Source of the DNA: Ascidiella aspersa
Lineage: Eukaryota
Length of the DNA: 64,000 bases
Assembly: GCA_963924565.1 (NCBI GenBank)
Contig: OZ004614.1
Location: forward strand, 23,808,001-23,872,000
Direction: 5' to 3'
Below the pieces are notes generated by a model, which was given only the letters and a program-made list of their open reading frames with translations, made no database searches and was not told the DNA's origin. Positions 50,001-62,953 of the stretch are shown here, one piece after another (within the stretch, counting starts at the first letter, position 1; each line of letters begins with the position of its first letter). Both the position numbers and the translations under genes were made by a program.

Positions 50001-53000
50001 TAATTACAGTATAAAACTTGCGAAAGAATAATAGTATGTTTATCGGAGGTGAAGGAGATTATTTACGTTTATTTTAGACGTGAAAGGAAACAAAGTCCAA
50101 ATTCCAAGTATTTACTTGTCATTGATTTAAATCAGTTTTAAGCCAAGGCTTTAGGATCAAATTAAATGCTGTGCACTCTGTTAAAAAATTATTCCATTTC
50201 TAGCACTATTTCCTCGTTGCTGTAAAACAGATGACAAGCAAACGTTTGTACTCAAAATCGACAATAGGTGTCCTAATATTTCCAGAATGTCATTGGTTAG
50301 ATTTTTAGAACATTTTATTTAAATTGTCTGAAGTTGAAGTGAAATCGTTTGTTCAAAAGACTTTGGTCAATTCAAGTCGCAAAGAATGACTGAAGTCTTT
50401 ACAACATTGTAAAGTTTCCGGAAAAGTATCTTGAAATAATTCGGCCTTTTTCAGCTAACGGCATCCCTTATAAGGTTATATAGTTTGAGGCACCTTTTGT
50501 TGAATTTTAGTTAAGTATATTGCCAAAATAGTCGCAATACACTGAGTAAAACAACACACATCTACTGAAAGCTGATTCAAGAATAATTTTAATTATCTAT
50601 TGGCTCCCTCGAGCATTAGAAGCGGCACCCCACCCCGGTTGTGAACCGCTGACATACCTATACTGAGTAGTGGCCTAAATGTGAGGTGTGGCTATTATTG
50701 TTTCCGATTAGACATCTGGATATTCAAATCTGTTTAACTTGAACGACCCGGTTGATTAAAGTAACCGACTTAGATGCACAATTCATCACTCTAATTTTGG
50801 CGGAACTCAGTTAAACTTTATAAGCGTTTATTTGGCCTTTACCTCTTGGTCGCAAAAGAGCAACATCGATTTGGTGGATCTGGGAATGGTCACGTGATAC
50901 ACACCGCTGGTCCGACCGCCTGCTGCGTAAATTTCCGCACAATCTGAAAAATAGTGAAAATTCGGAAATATTCACTGCGATGGCATCCTCCCTAATATCA
51001 TGCATTGTTTTGCCTTAAAGTTTACCTGCCTTTCTGCTCTTGGTTTCTTTACCGAATTGTTTTGAAGTGCGTGTGATTCTTAGATTTTTACCTTTATTAA
51101 AATTATTTATAAAATCAGAATTAGCAGTGAATTAAAGTTTGCACTTTTGACGAATTATAAAGAAACCAGATTCTTAGCAAGATAACTAGTTGTTATAGTG
51201 CCACTATAGAGATCACTTGGATTGTTTACTGGACTGCTGAATGCATATAGCATTTAACACGTGCGTTACGCTTGGTTGATTTGTTGTTCTACTTGCGGTA
51301 GCTTGCATAGCGTGCTAGTTTTGCAAAAACTTTTCACTTATACTTTGACCTGATGAAGCACGGTTGTGCGAAAGCTTGCCGAGAATGCAGCTGTTTACAA
51401 AAATTAGGTCTATATGTAAGTTACATCTCACGCTTTGTATTTTGGGTATAGACTCAACGTCACCACAGTTAATTGAAGAACATATAGATTAGCGAATATA
51501 CTGTTAACAACATTTGTTAGCTGAAAGCACTCTCCAAAAGCGAAATAACATTGTCTAGCGGACGATCGCAAATCTCAACCCTGAAATTGGAACTGCTCTA
51601 TACTTTCGTGATATGTAGTTTTCGTTTTTTAGGGTCAAAGTTACCGCGAACGGACGTTAAAACTGTTCTTATCCGACAATTCGACAACTTAATTAAATAT
51701 TGTATGTGAGAGAGTTTTTAATGTTCCATTGTGCTGTAGGGTTGTTTCTCTACGTAGCCGTAGCACTGCATATGTGATAGTGGAAATCACCTTGACCCTT
51801 GCAAGATAAATGTCGACCTTAATTCCTGATCAGAAACAGCAAAATACTCTAGCAAAGCTAGTAATTTAGGTCAGACACTTTTTAGAGATGTTAAAAGATA
51901 TAGCCAGCACGCATATATAATTATATTTCGCCAGCACAGGCATCGTCAGTATATCTTAATATATATAAGAATATATATTGTATTATATATATATATATCT
52001 TTTAACATCTATAAAAAGTGTCTTAACTTAAGTACTAGCTTTGCTAGAGTATTCTACTATTGCATGTAACTATTAACTAATTCCACAATGCAAAAAGAGC
52101 TATAGTTGGGATCATAGCCCGAACCAACCTGTTCCGGTTATAACGTGAGGACAGGGCTCTGGTGCCTTGCTCCCCACCGAGCATTTATTCCTCAGCTGTT
52201 CGCTGCGGGCTGCAACCTGTTCCTGCATTTCCTCAACTCGAATTACGGATTGTTGAAGCTCTTCCACACTGGATAAAACATTTTTAAGTGTTGCTTTTTG
52301 CCAAACCTTAGTGAAAATTGCCCTGGCGCCTGTTCAGGCTTGGATAACTATTTATATTAAAATAAGCTTGATAAAATTGTCGTTCAAGTTAACGTTTTAT
52401 CGTGATGTAGTTTATATTAGCTATTTTTCTGTTAACAAACTAGATTTAGCAGTAATTTAAGGCATGGCTTCGCATACTTTTCAGTCTGCGACCCCTTTCA
52501 CATTACTAAAATACTCCCCGACAGTTTAAAACATAACATTTTCCGATCTCCACTTTGGCACGCATTTGCCGAAGTAATGTGCATTTAAAGGGTTTCGTTT
52601 GCATTAAGTTCGCCATTAGCATGTCAAACCAGAAAAATTAGTAATTTAGAGATTGAACACTTTGTATAAAAAAAAACGGATGTACTCACGACACCTTGAA
52701 CTCGATTAGCGTACCCAAGTTTGGGAAGCTCTGATTTAAGGTATTTTTAGGCATTATGTCGCGAACAAATAATTCACCACAGCCCGTAGTTTGGCGAATT
52801 CTGTGATATTCGTTCCAACCAACCTGTCAGCATTTTCGTTTTTGATGCGAACAAGTTGTTCCCTCCGTTGTTGCAGCTCAGTTAAAAGATCCTGCTGGCG
52901 GGAAATCTTGTCTGCGTGAAATATAAGGCTTTGTTGTCCGACATTAAAATGTGACGCTTGTTGATAATTCAGTAAGTGAGTAAGTCGGTCTAGCTCGGTG

Positions 53001-54999
53001 TAGCCTTAATCAAGCATTACTCCACTCAGACTTAGGCCAGTTGTTTTTCTGGCTTGCACTGCTTGCATCATAGATCGACATATTCGGCGAGTCTGCGAAG
53101 GCTTTTCGGTGTACTATTGATACGGAAGCCGTAATCGTTGGTCATAAAGCAACTTCCGAGGGGCTAGATCACAGATGTTATTAAACACATATGTTTGTGT
53201 GTGTCTTTATCCACTCAGACTTGGACAACTAGATAATTTTAGTTTTCTAATTCATTGAATTAGAGCAAAATGCGGCTAATTCTAATTCTAATCTAATTTA
53301 TGAATTGCTTGTGTGCTCTAATTCTAGTTCTAATCTAATTCGTATTTTTCCAAAACTGCTACTTTGTCCAACGGCATTTTTAGTCACTCAGTTGAAACAC
53401 AGACTTTCAATTAAAACTCTTTGGTTGGAACGACTTGTATGTAAATTTTACAGTCTAAAAAGCATAAAAATTAGCACACCCATATTTACCATTCACATTC
53501 TTATAAGAATACTTTGCGATTAAATTAAATTGGTTGTATGTGATTCTAGTTCAAATTCTAGGTGAAATTTGTTTTTTTTAGGAATTCGGTAATTCTAATT
53601 CTAATCTAATTTGAAAAATTAAAATGCTCTAATTTTAATTCTAATCTAATTTTAAAAAGCTAAAATAAATCTAGTTGTCCAAGTCTGACTCCACTACTTA
53701 ACCCAGTATGGCGTCGGCTAGTGGTATTGGCGTTTTGGATTAATTCAATTTTATGCTATTCGATTGGATGCGGTCTTATATTGCGGCTCTAATTACCGTG
53801 TTTCGTTATCGTGTGTAATAGGATTTGTTATATACTTAACGAGCAATATTGAAGAAAGTGACTCTGTCTAGAGTACAAGAGGTTAAGGACAGGTATCTCT
53901 AGACGCCTGCTCCTTGGAGGCAGGTGCATAACAAGGAACCTGTAGAAGACTTAGGTACCGTCGGGCCGCCTCACTTACCCGTAGCAACACATTCTAAACG
54001 CTGTCACGTAGCAAGTCTTGAAGATTATCCGGATAAATATATGAAAAGTCGGCACGTTTTATAAAAATCTTTGTTATAGAAGAGCCATATAGAATTGTTA
54101 CAACAAGGCTATCAAGCAAAATTTTGACTAATTTTTTTTTCTGCATGACAGGTGTAAAAAGAAACGTGTAGACTAAGGCAGCCGTCGGCCCTAGCCTTAC
54201 GGGCCAGCGCCAGTATCAGCACAACCTAAACGCTAATAATACTAAAAGTCTTTGCCCACACGAAACAACAACAATAACCTACTGTTAATTTGCGTCCTTC
54301 GCCCGTTCTGGTGCGCTCTATGCTCGACCAGAAATCCGCGAACTGCGTTCACTCGTTCGCACAGCGCCTTGGTGCTTGTGTAAATTGCCAGCTTGTCGCG
54401 TTTGAACAGCGCCTCGTTTCTCTCCAGTTCGGCCGCCATCTTACAAGGCGAGGGGCAGGACAGGGGTGGTGAGTGCCCCCCTCCAACCTGTTACAGTTCA
54501 CCCAACGTAAGGGGCTCGATTTTCACCCCGAAAACGCGGTTTTGTTATGCGAGGCTACTAAATGGAAGCCTCGGGTGATTTTGATTATATACTTTCGAAA
54601 GATTATGAAAGTAAGAAGGTTAAGAGAATTAGGATTCCATTAAACACGTATTTTGTTATGTAACAATCAATTTTTATACTCGTTTTTACATTAAAAGTGT
54701 ACTATTGAAGTCCACAACAGCACATTAGCATCACACGTTTTTATTTTAAAACAACTGTATTTTTTTACCTCACTTTTTTGTACTAAAGTATTTTACTGCC
54801 TTAAACTGTTCATAAGCATTAAAATTAGATTTTTTCTTTCTTTTTCTGATGTCAACCAAAAAATCGCCATGATTTCTCGGCCAACTCAACAAAAACCACA
54901 ATCTCATTTATAATAAAACGCATTTTTTACCCAAAATAGACTTACTTTTATTGAAGTGACGCTGAGCAAATACCAAAACGCCGCTGCAGCAATCTTCAT
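47044..54999 (-). CDS. Fibrinogen-chain-like secreted protein (gamma-like); exons 54999-54946, 54487-54283, 52911-52824, 52268-52129, 50943-50843, 49912-49695, 48781-48576, 47799-47706, 47164-47044
   Basis: Signal peptide [19 protein letters not shown], coiled coil, then [14 protein letters not shown]...TDGGGWT...[14 protein letters not shown]...GGWWYNSC...[27 protein letters not shown]. All phases consistent. Confidence 0.9.
48780..49510. repeat. Degenerate tandem repeat of about 160 bp, 4-5 units
   Basis: Recurring GTGGAAGTTAGGA...ACACACG...ATGCTGTTTAGCATCT...AAAG. Confidence 0.7.
51343..51383 (+). ncRNA. Minimal type-I hammerhead with intact core
   Basis: CTTTGAC-CTGATGA-A-GCAC-GGTT-GTGC-GAAA-GCTT-GCCGAG; palindromic AGCU stem III. 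Confidence 0.75.
51843..52053 (-). mobile_element. Palindromic insertion containing a hammerhead (51955-51911)
   Basis: Inverted arms of about 60 bp; minus strand reads GATATA-CTGACGA-T-GCC(tgtgct)GGC-GAAA-TATAATTATA^TATGC. Confidence 0.75.
53034..53209 (+). mobile_element. SINE body and tail inserted into the TIR of a MITE
   Basis: 13-bp TSD TCCACTCAGACTT at 53021-53033 and 53210-53222. Confidence 0.85.
53216..53687. mobile_element. hAT-type MITE rich in TTCTAA repeats
   Basis: 19-bp TIR CAGACTTGGACAACTAGAT; TSD ACTCCACT at 53019-53026 and 53688-53695. Confidence 0.9.
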
Positions 55000-55876
55000 A
55001 TTCCGATCAAGCGTTTTATTCAGCAAACCGTCCCTCAAGCCGCACTTTACCGCCTGTGTGTATCTTGCGCTCGCCAATAACCTTACCCCGGTCGCCACGG
55101 AGCCTATCACCTTATCAGCAGAGTTCGTCAAACAACGTGTTTGCTTGTCCTCGGACCACTTGACAATATCGTTTTTGTTGCACTGGTTTTCCTTCTGCAG
55201 ATTTCTGTGGCTTTTTGAAAGCATGCTGGCCCTATTTTGTTTGGGCAAAATTTCTTTTTGTTTATCGAACACCCGTTTGCCAAATCAGCAAGGCCTACAA
55301 GGATATATAATTTAAGAAATCCGATGTGATAATCATGTGCAGACCTTATGGTTTGGCCAGTGCGACTTTCGAAGTGACTGTTCCTATAGTTAAATATGTG
55401 TGATTTAATTTCAAGTTTGTGTGTCTCGGCACGACTTTAAGGGTTAGATCATAGTTTAACACACATGTCTGTAAGTTTGAAGCCTATAATAGCTCTTTTA
55501 ACGGTAAATCAGTGTTTCAGAACTTTTTGCGGCCGCTGAATTTCTAAACGTAAACTATTGCCAACATTTCGACACTTTGTTTTTCACAGTCGATATTGGT
55601 GTTCTAATTTTTATTTAAATGCTGCATATATTCTTCAATCTTCAGTTTTTTAGCGGAAAAAAGTTAGAGACTTTACACGTTGGTGAAGGTAAGCAAGAAC
55701 GCCCCGGAACGGCGTTCTTGTAAAAAAAGTTCTTGCATTTACGCCATATCGGTAAAAAAAATGTTTTTTTTTCTCCCGCCATCTCTTTGAATGTTTTTAA
55801 CATAAGATTTCAGTTGCATATTTGTACACGACATCGAACGATTACCTCAGGTTCCCCAGGGTTACTTGTTTTAAAG

Positions 55877-56212
55877 CAGGAGTTCTTCAATTGTGGTCCA
55901 TGAACCCGTTTGGGGTACGTGAACTAGTTTCACGGGTCTATGAAGTCCTAATTAAAATATTAGTGTATATTAGTGAAGATAATCATTTATTTAAAGAAAA
56001 CTGTTTAATTAAAAAAACTGTTTTGCATTGACTGTATTTATACTCCATTTCACTTTCACATTTTTTGAACCGAAATCAACAGATTGTAAAGTCTATTTGT
56101 ATTGTGACGTCAATTTGTGACGTCATCTTTTAATAACTTGCCTACCGTGTTCCAGACGTAGCAAAAAAAATATTAGGGGTTACGCGGTGAAAATTAAAGT
56201 TTAAGAACCCTG
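55877..56212. mobile_element. hAT-type MITE related to the 61979 copy
   Basis: CAGGAGTTCTTCAATTGTGGTCCATG ... TTTAAGAACCCTG. Confidence 0.65.
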
Positions 56213-57051
56213 TTTTAGACGTTTCGTTATGACGTAACTTTGTGACGAAATCTCTGAAATTTTTTAAGCGTTACGTTATGAAAATATTCTACTCTCACTC
56301 CTGCATTAACGCAATGGCATCAGTCGCGTGCTATCGGTTATAGATGAGACCGCGTGAACTTCTGCATTTGGCTAACCAAGAAAATCACAGGGTGACCCAC
56401 TTTCAGGTGACGATCCGTATAGGTAAAAGCACTGACGTAAGTTGATCGGGGCATCAATGGTGCACTGTTTAATGCTTGGAAGGTTGCCATGTGTAATGGT
56501 TGGGCAAAAACGGTAGCATGTTGACATACCCATTAAGCCAAACTTTAAATGAATTCATCAATTGTTCAGTTATCTATATAGGCCTTAAATATATAGGACT
56601 TGTACATGTAGAAGCAGAATAGCTGCATTATTTTTCAATCGAGACTATTGTTTAACGACGTCGTATAGGCATTGCAATTATCCAGCACGTGCATGTTTTA
56701 CTAACACATTCTAACAATTGACTTTTTGGTATTTTTCTCAATCAAACCAACTCGTTTTTAGTTTATAAATTTCAAGAGTGGACAAGATTGTTTTTATTTG
56801 TTTTTTTATTGTTTTTATTAATTTTTTTCTTACCCTGTCTTATTCCTAATTTTATGAAGTCATGTTATGATGAAATTTTGCGACAACTTGGCTAAAAATT
56901 TTGATGAGTAATCCGAAAAACAACTTGTGAAGCAACTGCTTAACTATAACAAAAAATAAATCATTCGTTTTATTTTAACGTTGACGAAAGTTTATTCTTG
57001 TGCGACACTTGTCAAATTTAGTTGGTAAAGATGGCGTCTCATGTTGGCTTG

Positions 57052-60000
57052 TTATGAAAAGTTGCTGGGTCGTATTTTCATCTTTGTTCCTTTGATACGG
57101 ACTTTTCCTCTATTCAACGTCGGCCAAGAAATCCCGGTTTTGTGCAGATTTCCTGCAAATTAATTGAAACAATGTTCACAAAACTCAGATTGACCAGACC
57201 TACGCCACTTAGGTAGCGCCTTTCCAAGGGAGTAATACGTTTTGGTTTATTGTTCTAATTTCACCCGGTTTCTTTCTCACTTACACAAGTAATTTTGCTC
57301 AGATAGATTTATTATAAATGTTTCACACTAGTATTATTGCGTAGGCTACGTTCAGCGATTTTTTATTCACACTGCAGGAACGGTCCCGGCTTGACCGGAG
57401 GTCGTGAGTTCGAACCTCACTGCTGGCTAGTTGTTTTGGTAGCCTGACCAACTCCATAGTTATTAACAATTAAACTCTGTTTTTTGCAATTTCTTGCCTC
57501 TTCGTCTGTCCCAGTTCCATCTTCCGTTCAGGTTCGCTTCTCCATCGCACGTGTTATGCCACCAACCACCCGACCTGCGAAGACCTACTGACAAAAGAGA
57601 TTTGCTGTTTTTTGGCTGAGTTTGTTCTTTTTCAGTTTGTGCGTGTTAGAGTGGATGGAAACGATTTTCACCAGGGCCAAATTTTAAAACTGATAAGGCC
57701 GCAAACTGTTAATTAAATTGTAAATGTAAAATGGCATATATAGTTGAATATTTTACAACCACGTATTGTGAGTGGTATGACACGCCTATTGAGTTTGTTG
57801 CTGAATATTACCCTTTTTAGTTATGTAAATGGGTTAAATAGAGGCTGCGGAGTCCCGAGTCCGGCGTACGCATGCGCAATACAAAATTTTGAAACTGATA
57901 ATGCCACACAATTTTAAAAGTGGAATAGCATATTGTGGAATACTTTTCAATCAAGCATTGCGGGTGGATGAAATATATGACATCTATTCAGTATAGATTG
58001 CTGAATATCTACCTTTTTTAGTTAAATAAATGGATTCAATACACTACTGGCACCGGAGTCCGACGTGCGCATGCGCAATACCAATTTTTTAAAGGTAGAA
58101 ACGCATATATGGTCGAATATTTTCCAATCACGTATTTTGAATGGATGAATTGGATGACACGCCTATACCAGGAAAAATATTTCACCACTCCCTTAAAAAT
58201 TAACCCCTTACCTTCACAGTCGTCAACCTTGTCTCGAGTCGCAAACCTTAGGTGGCCAGATGACCCCTGAGCCCCAAATGGGTCCCCTATTTCACCCCCT
58301 GGGTCAGCTACGAAGTCCCCGATCAAATCGAGTCGGTAGAAATCGCGTTTTCCTCCAACGCGAAACTCTCTGTTAAAATAAACAATAATTAAAGCTCCAC
58401 TAGGAGTCTAGAGATGTTGTTAGAAGGATAAGTGGTGAAAAAATGCCAGCGCTGCAATTGCTCTTTGGTAAGACATTGGGTGCTTCTTATTTATGTTTGA
58501 AGATTTTAAACGCTGCTCTGTTCTCGTTAAACGTAACAATTTTTGAAGTCGTAGGCCAAATATCCAGAAACAGAGCTTTACCTTCTTCATGTCACCTGCT
58601 CCCTAGTGTAGACATGCTGTCTGAGGCTAGGGTTCGCAAAAAAAACAAATAAAAAATGGATAAAAACTATGAGTATATTTGCATGTTTTTGATGGCCAAT
58701 GTTGATCATGATCATGTTTCTTTTGAGATAAAGAAATCCGGTTTCGTTGTTTTCTAGTTCGACTGATAAACTGTTAATATCATTTTTTGATATAGAAGAC
58801 TAAGCCTGAGCGAATTAAAGCATGTCGAGTTTTTATATGAATGCCACAAGTGGAAGATATAATTATTTTAATAGTTATTTCCCTGTGGTCTTACGATTGC
58901 ATCCGCTTCTAACCAGCTTAATCCGGTAGTAAGCGTACTGTAATTATCACCTGCAGTTAAGGTTGTTTTATACATTTCAGCGCGACCAACACAAATCCTA
59001 ACGCGACTCTTTTACAAAAAAACATGTGAACTTAAAAGACAGCATCACGCTGTGCGGGTTCTGGATTTTGTTTAAGGAACAATAAAGTGTTGAAGACATG
59101 ATATGGCATGAAATTGCGTCAAAACGCGATGTCGTAACACAAGTACCTTAAAGAAACCTGTTTTCCTCAGTCAAAGTCGAAACTCGAAAATATTGTTTTT
59201 TAAGGAATGTACAGTTTACAGTAATTGCGATTTTACAATACTCTGTGCACTAATGCAAGACATAAATATAAAAAATAATACGTCGCCATATACAGATTTT
59301 AATATTTTCGCGGCCCATAGTAAACGGTTTGGGACGCGATCTGCTATTTGCGACCCGCCCTGCTCTAACTCACCGGTATGTGATAGTTCTTGTTTGGTTA
59401 CTTGGCGAATCCAGTTCGATTTTGAGGTGCTGGTTTCCTTGTTGAGTCAATCTGAATTAAAAATGTGGTCGTGAAATTCAACAATTAGCTTATCTTAATC
59501 AGAACTAACAGTTAGTTAAGTGTTTTTGGCTATCCTGTACCCACTCATAAACATATTATTGATTGGAGGTTGTAGTAAGACGTTTTGAAACGTTCAGAAT
59601 GCTACCTACTTCTGTATGGGCTTCGATATTTTTTCTATGTGTTATTAATACTGTAAATGAAACGTAAGTGGAAAAGAGTTGTGCCGCAGTAATTGAGCTG
59701 TTGGAAGTTTTTTTTTCCAGGTTTGTAAAGTTGACTCATTTTCGAGCTGTTAGATTTAAAAAAACAAACATTTGCTTGTATTAGCGCCATGAGAAATGTG
59801 AACGTGGTCCAGGAAACACATGCAACTGTAAAAATTACGGGGTTTCAAGGACTAACTTTGAAAAACATTCCATTTTTTAAAGACTTAACTTGCAAAAATT
59901 CCTCTTTAAGCCGCACTTACGCAAATTTTCGCGGTTTATCATATCACTGCAAAAACAAAGTAATAAAATAAAGCGCACCCGTAAATGCTGGTGTGGTACA

Positions 60001-62953
60001 AATATGTTTACACAGGATATGTTTTGTGTAACACTTTTAACTATATTACAATCAACGTACAGCACGTGGCTTAATTTCATTTCTTTAAACTAAATTGTTT
60101 AAAACGAAGATTACGCGACACCCAACGGGTAATTTAAGTAAATAATTATTAAACAAATCAATTTAGGCAACACTTTACTAAAGCAGGTAAAATTGTCAAG
60201 AAGCACTCGCAGAAATCGTAAAGAAAACATGAGGTTTTCCCAAGCAGAAACAAACGCGGTTCTACCTGTGTATGAGTTCGTTCCCTGCCCACATTTCCCC
60301 CACACTGTCGCATCTCCACTGCCCGAATCCTTCCCGGTAAGCTTTCCACGGCATTTCGAAGCTTAAAGTGCCGTCGAATCTACGCTGGATAACCGTCCAA
60401 CCTCCACCTTCGTCTTCCATGTCGCATAAAACCTTTATCAAATTATATAAGCGGTTAATGTTGAACGCTTCACAGCCATTTGGCTCCCAGGAAACTTAGA
60501 ATTTTTTCGTTGCTTTATAATTCGGGGTATAAAAATAATTTTGCGGCAGTTATATATGCGTTTAATGTTAAGTGCTTCGCAACGTTCTCGGTTCCCGGCA
60601 TACTTACTAGCATTTTCGCTTTGTAGTTTTAACCGTGATGTGGCTGTATAAAGCTGGGTATAAAAATATTTTTGGTTTTCGTTTATGAGGGTCGGCATAT
60701 AATTCGCCAGAGATGGCGCCATAAATTAACGCCGTGAAACAAAAATACTTTTAAAACCAGTCGTTTCGATCAAAAACCTGCTTGAATATTAAACCGAAGT
60801 TTACTTATTTGCAGGAATAATGCGAAAAGCTTTTTTTTAATTAATTGCTTTATATTAAAAAAAATTATTTAAAAAAATGAAATGCCAATATCTCAATTTA
60901 GGCCTATTGGACTGCCCAAAATTTGAATGTATATCACCAAGGGGTTACCAGACTCCAGTTAAGTAGCACCTGGCAAGGTAATACAACACACGTCAACACT
61001 ACACAATGTTCGATTTCGCACACAAATAATTATAAAACGAAGCTTTCCCAAAACGAAAATTAAAAAAAATCGTAAACACCACACTGTGTCTCGGAAAAAT
61101 CCACCTGGTTTAACTTCGGGGAGTTAAATATAGATTTAGGATTTTAGGCAAATATTATTTTTGAAACCTTTTTATATACGCCTGGTTTGAAAATACGCTC
61201 AAGATAAATTAAACGACAAGATAAACTTACTCTGACCGGCGTTGCAATGCCTTCTGGCTTCGCGACATAAACGCCGCTTCTCCTAGCACCGGCCCTGTAA
61301 ATTGCCGCGCAATCCCTTCCCGACAGGACCGGTAGAGTGCATCGGGGGATGTCCCTTTTTCGCTGGAAACCGCCCTCGCAGCCGCTTGCGGCGGCAGAGA
61401 CTCGGTCCTTTAGATAGTATGGCTTAGATAATAATTGAATATAAATACTTGCATTGATTTATTTATTTAGTTGACCATTGGTAATTAGTGCTTAAAATGT
61501 AAATTAAAATTTTCTACACTTGTTATATCTACGATTTAGCCTTATTTCAGCAATGCTACATCAGGCCCTCAAAGACTTGCTTAAATCAGTTGGCCTACCA
61601 ATAATTCATACAAGTACGGCTTGTCTGTACGGCTTTACGAGACAAGTACGGCTTGTCTGTACGGCTTTACGAGACAAGTACGGCTTAACTAGATGCATGT
61701 AAATCTCACATGCAACTGTTGAGTCTGTGCTTTGGTGTTCCGTACAGTTTCCTCGACCGCTACGATGGCCGAAGTTCGTTTGAGCAGAGAACGTTTGTCG
61801 GCCTCCTGACGAAGTGTAAGCACTCTCGTCACGTTGTTCAGTTCACTTAATGAATCTAGAGAAACGAATCAAACGTGTTTCCGTTGTCTTGGTATTTCGA
61901 ATGACGTGCTCCTATACACTGGCAGTAGATCCGATAAATTTGTATGGTTCTTGTCCAGCTCACTTGATGATTCTATAGCAGGGGTTCTTAAACTTTTTGT
62001 ACCACGGACCCCTAAAAATTGTTTGTACTTCTCATGGACCACAGTAGGCCAAAAAAATTAAAAAATTACGTCATAAATTTACGTCACAATACAAATAGAC
62101 TTCATAAATGCTGATTCCGGTCCTTAAATGTGGACTAATATTTTAATTAGGTCTTTATGGACCCCCTAAAACTAGTTCACGAACCCCCAAGGGGTCCATG
62201 GACCCCAGTTTAAGAACCCCTGTTCTATAGAAAGAAACAACCGATTTTGGGTTGTTTGGGTATTTCGAATCATGCTACTATCGCTTTACGTTAACAATTA
62301 GATCAGACAAATAAGTATGGCTTTAAGCTGACCTAACGTTCTTTAAAGCCGGTTTTATTACAAATGCCTTTATTTTAATAACCGCGATTCTTTTATGCGC
62401 CTAACGTCCATATCGTTTAAATTAAAATTTTGCCAATTTGAACCAACGACACGTTATTAAAAAAATATGCACAAAATCAGTGTTTTTCCGATTACTTGCT
62501 TTACGACGTCACGCTATGACTTAACTTTTTACGTCGTTTCTTAAAAAACAATTCTACCGGCGGTCGTGGGAAAAATAAAGACTGTTAAATTGTTCATGCG
62601 GAATAGCTGAAAGTGTTTGCACCCTCATTTTGAACTGGCCACCAACCTAACCGAATTTTTTACGAATCGCTTGTTTATTAATTCTACTCGAACCGTAACC
62701 GTAACCGAAAAAAAAATCGAACCAAATTGGAGTTAATTCAATAAAACAACGTAAAAACTTGCGACTCACGCAGCACGCTGATCATGTGCCGGTGCCCGTT
62801 CCGCTCCGCTGCTTCCAGGCTTCTAATCTCGCTCTGTTGTTCGGCGTTCGAAGATCGGATGAGCGCGCGCAAATCTTCCGTCTCTTGGTGCGCTCTTGTT
62901 TGTACGGCAGCCATCTTGCCTCGCAACACGCAGCCGTTCGGACACAGGCGTCC
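57052..62953 (-). CDS. Fibrinogen-chain-like protein (beta-like), 5'-partial; exons 62953-62770, 61855-61710, 61407-61231, 60432-60266, 59451-59374, 58369-58212, 57587-57498, 57152-57052
   Basis: GRLCPNGCVL, coiled coil, CTLPVLSGRDCAAIY, VLCDMEDEGGGWTVIQRRFDG, GGWWHNTC, KMKIRP. Signal-peptide exon not located. Confidence 0.88.
61612..61686. repeat. 32-bp tandem repeat, about 2.3 copies
   Basis: AAGTACGGCTTGTCTGTACGGCTTTACGAGAC. Confidence 0.9.
61979..62222. mobile_element. Young hAT-type MITE
   Basis: Perfect 16-bp TIR CAGGGGTTCTTAAACT; perfect 8-bp TSD TTCTATAG. Confidence 0.95.

Noticed and set aside
55000-55272. Long N-terminal extension of the gamma-like chain
   Set aside because: The signal peptide starts at ATG 54999; the upstream frame is more likely 5'UTR, though not excluded
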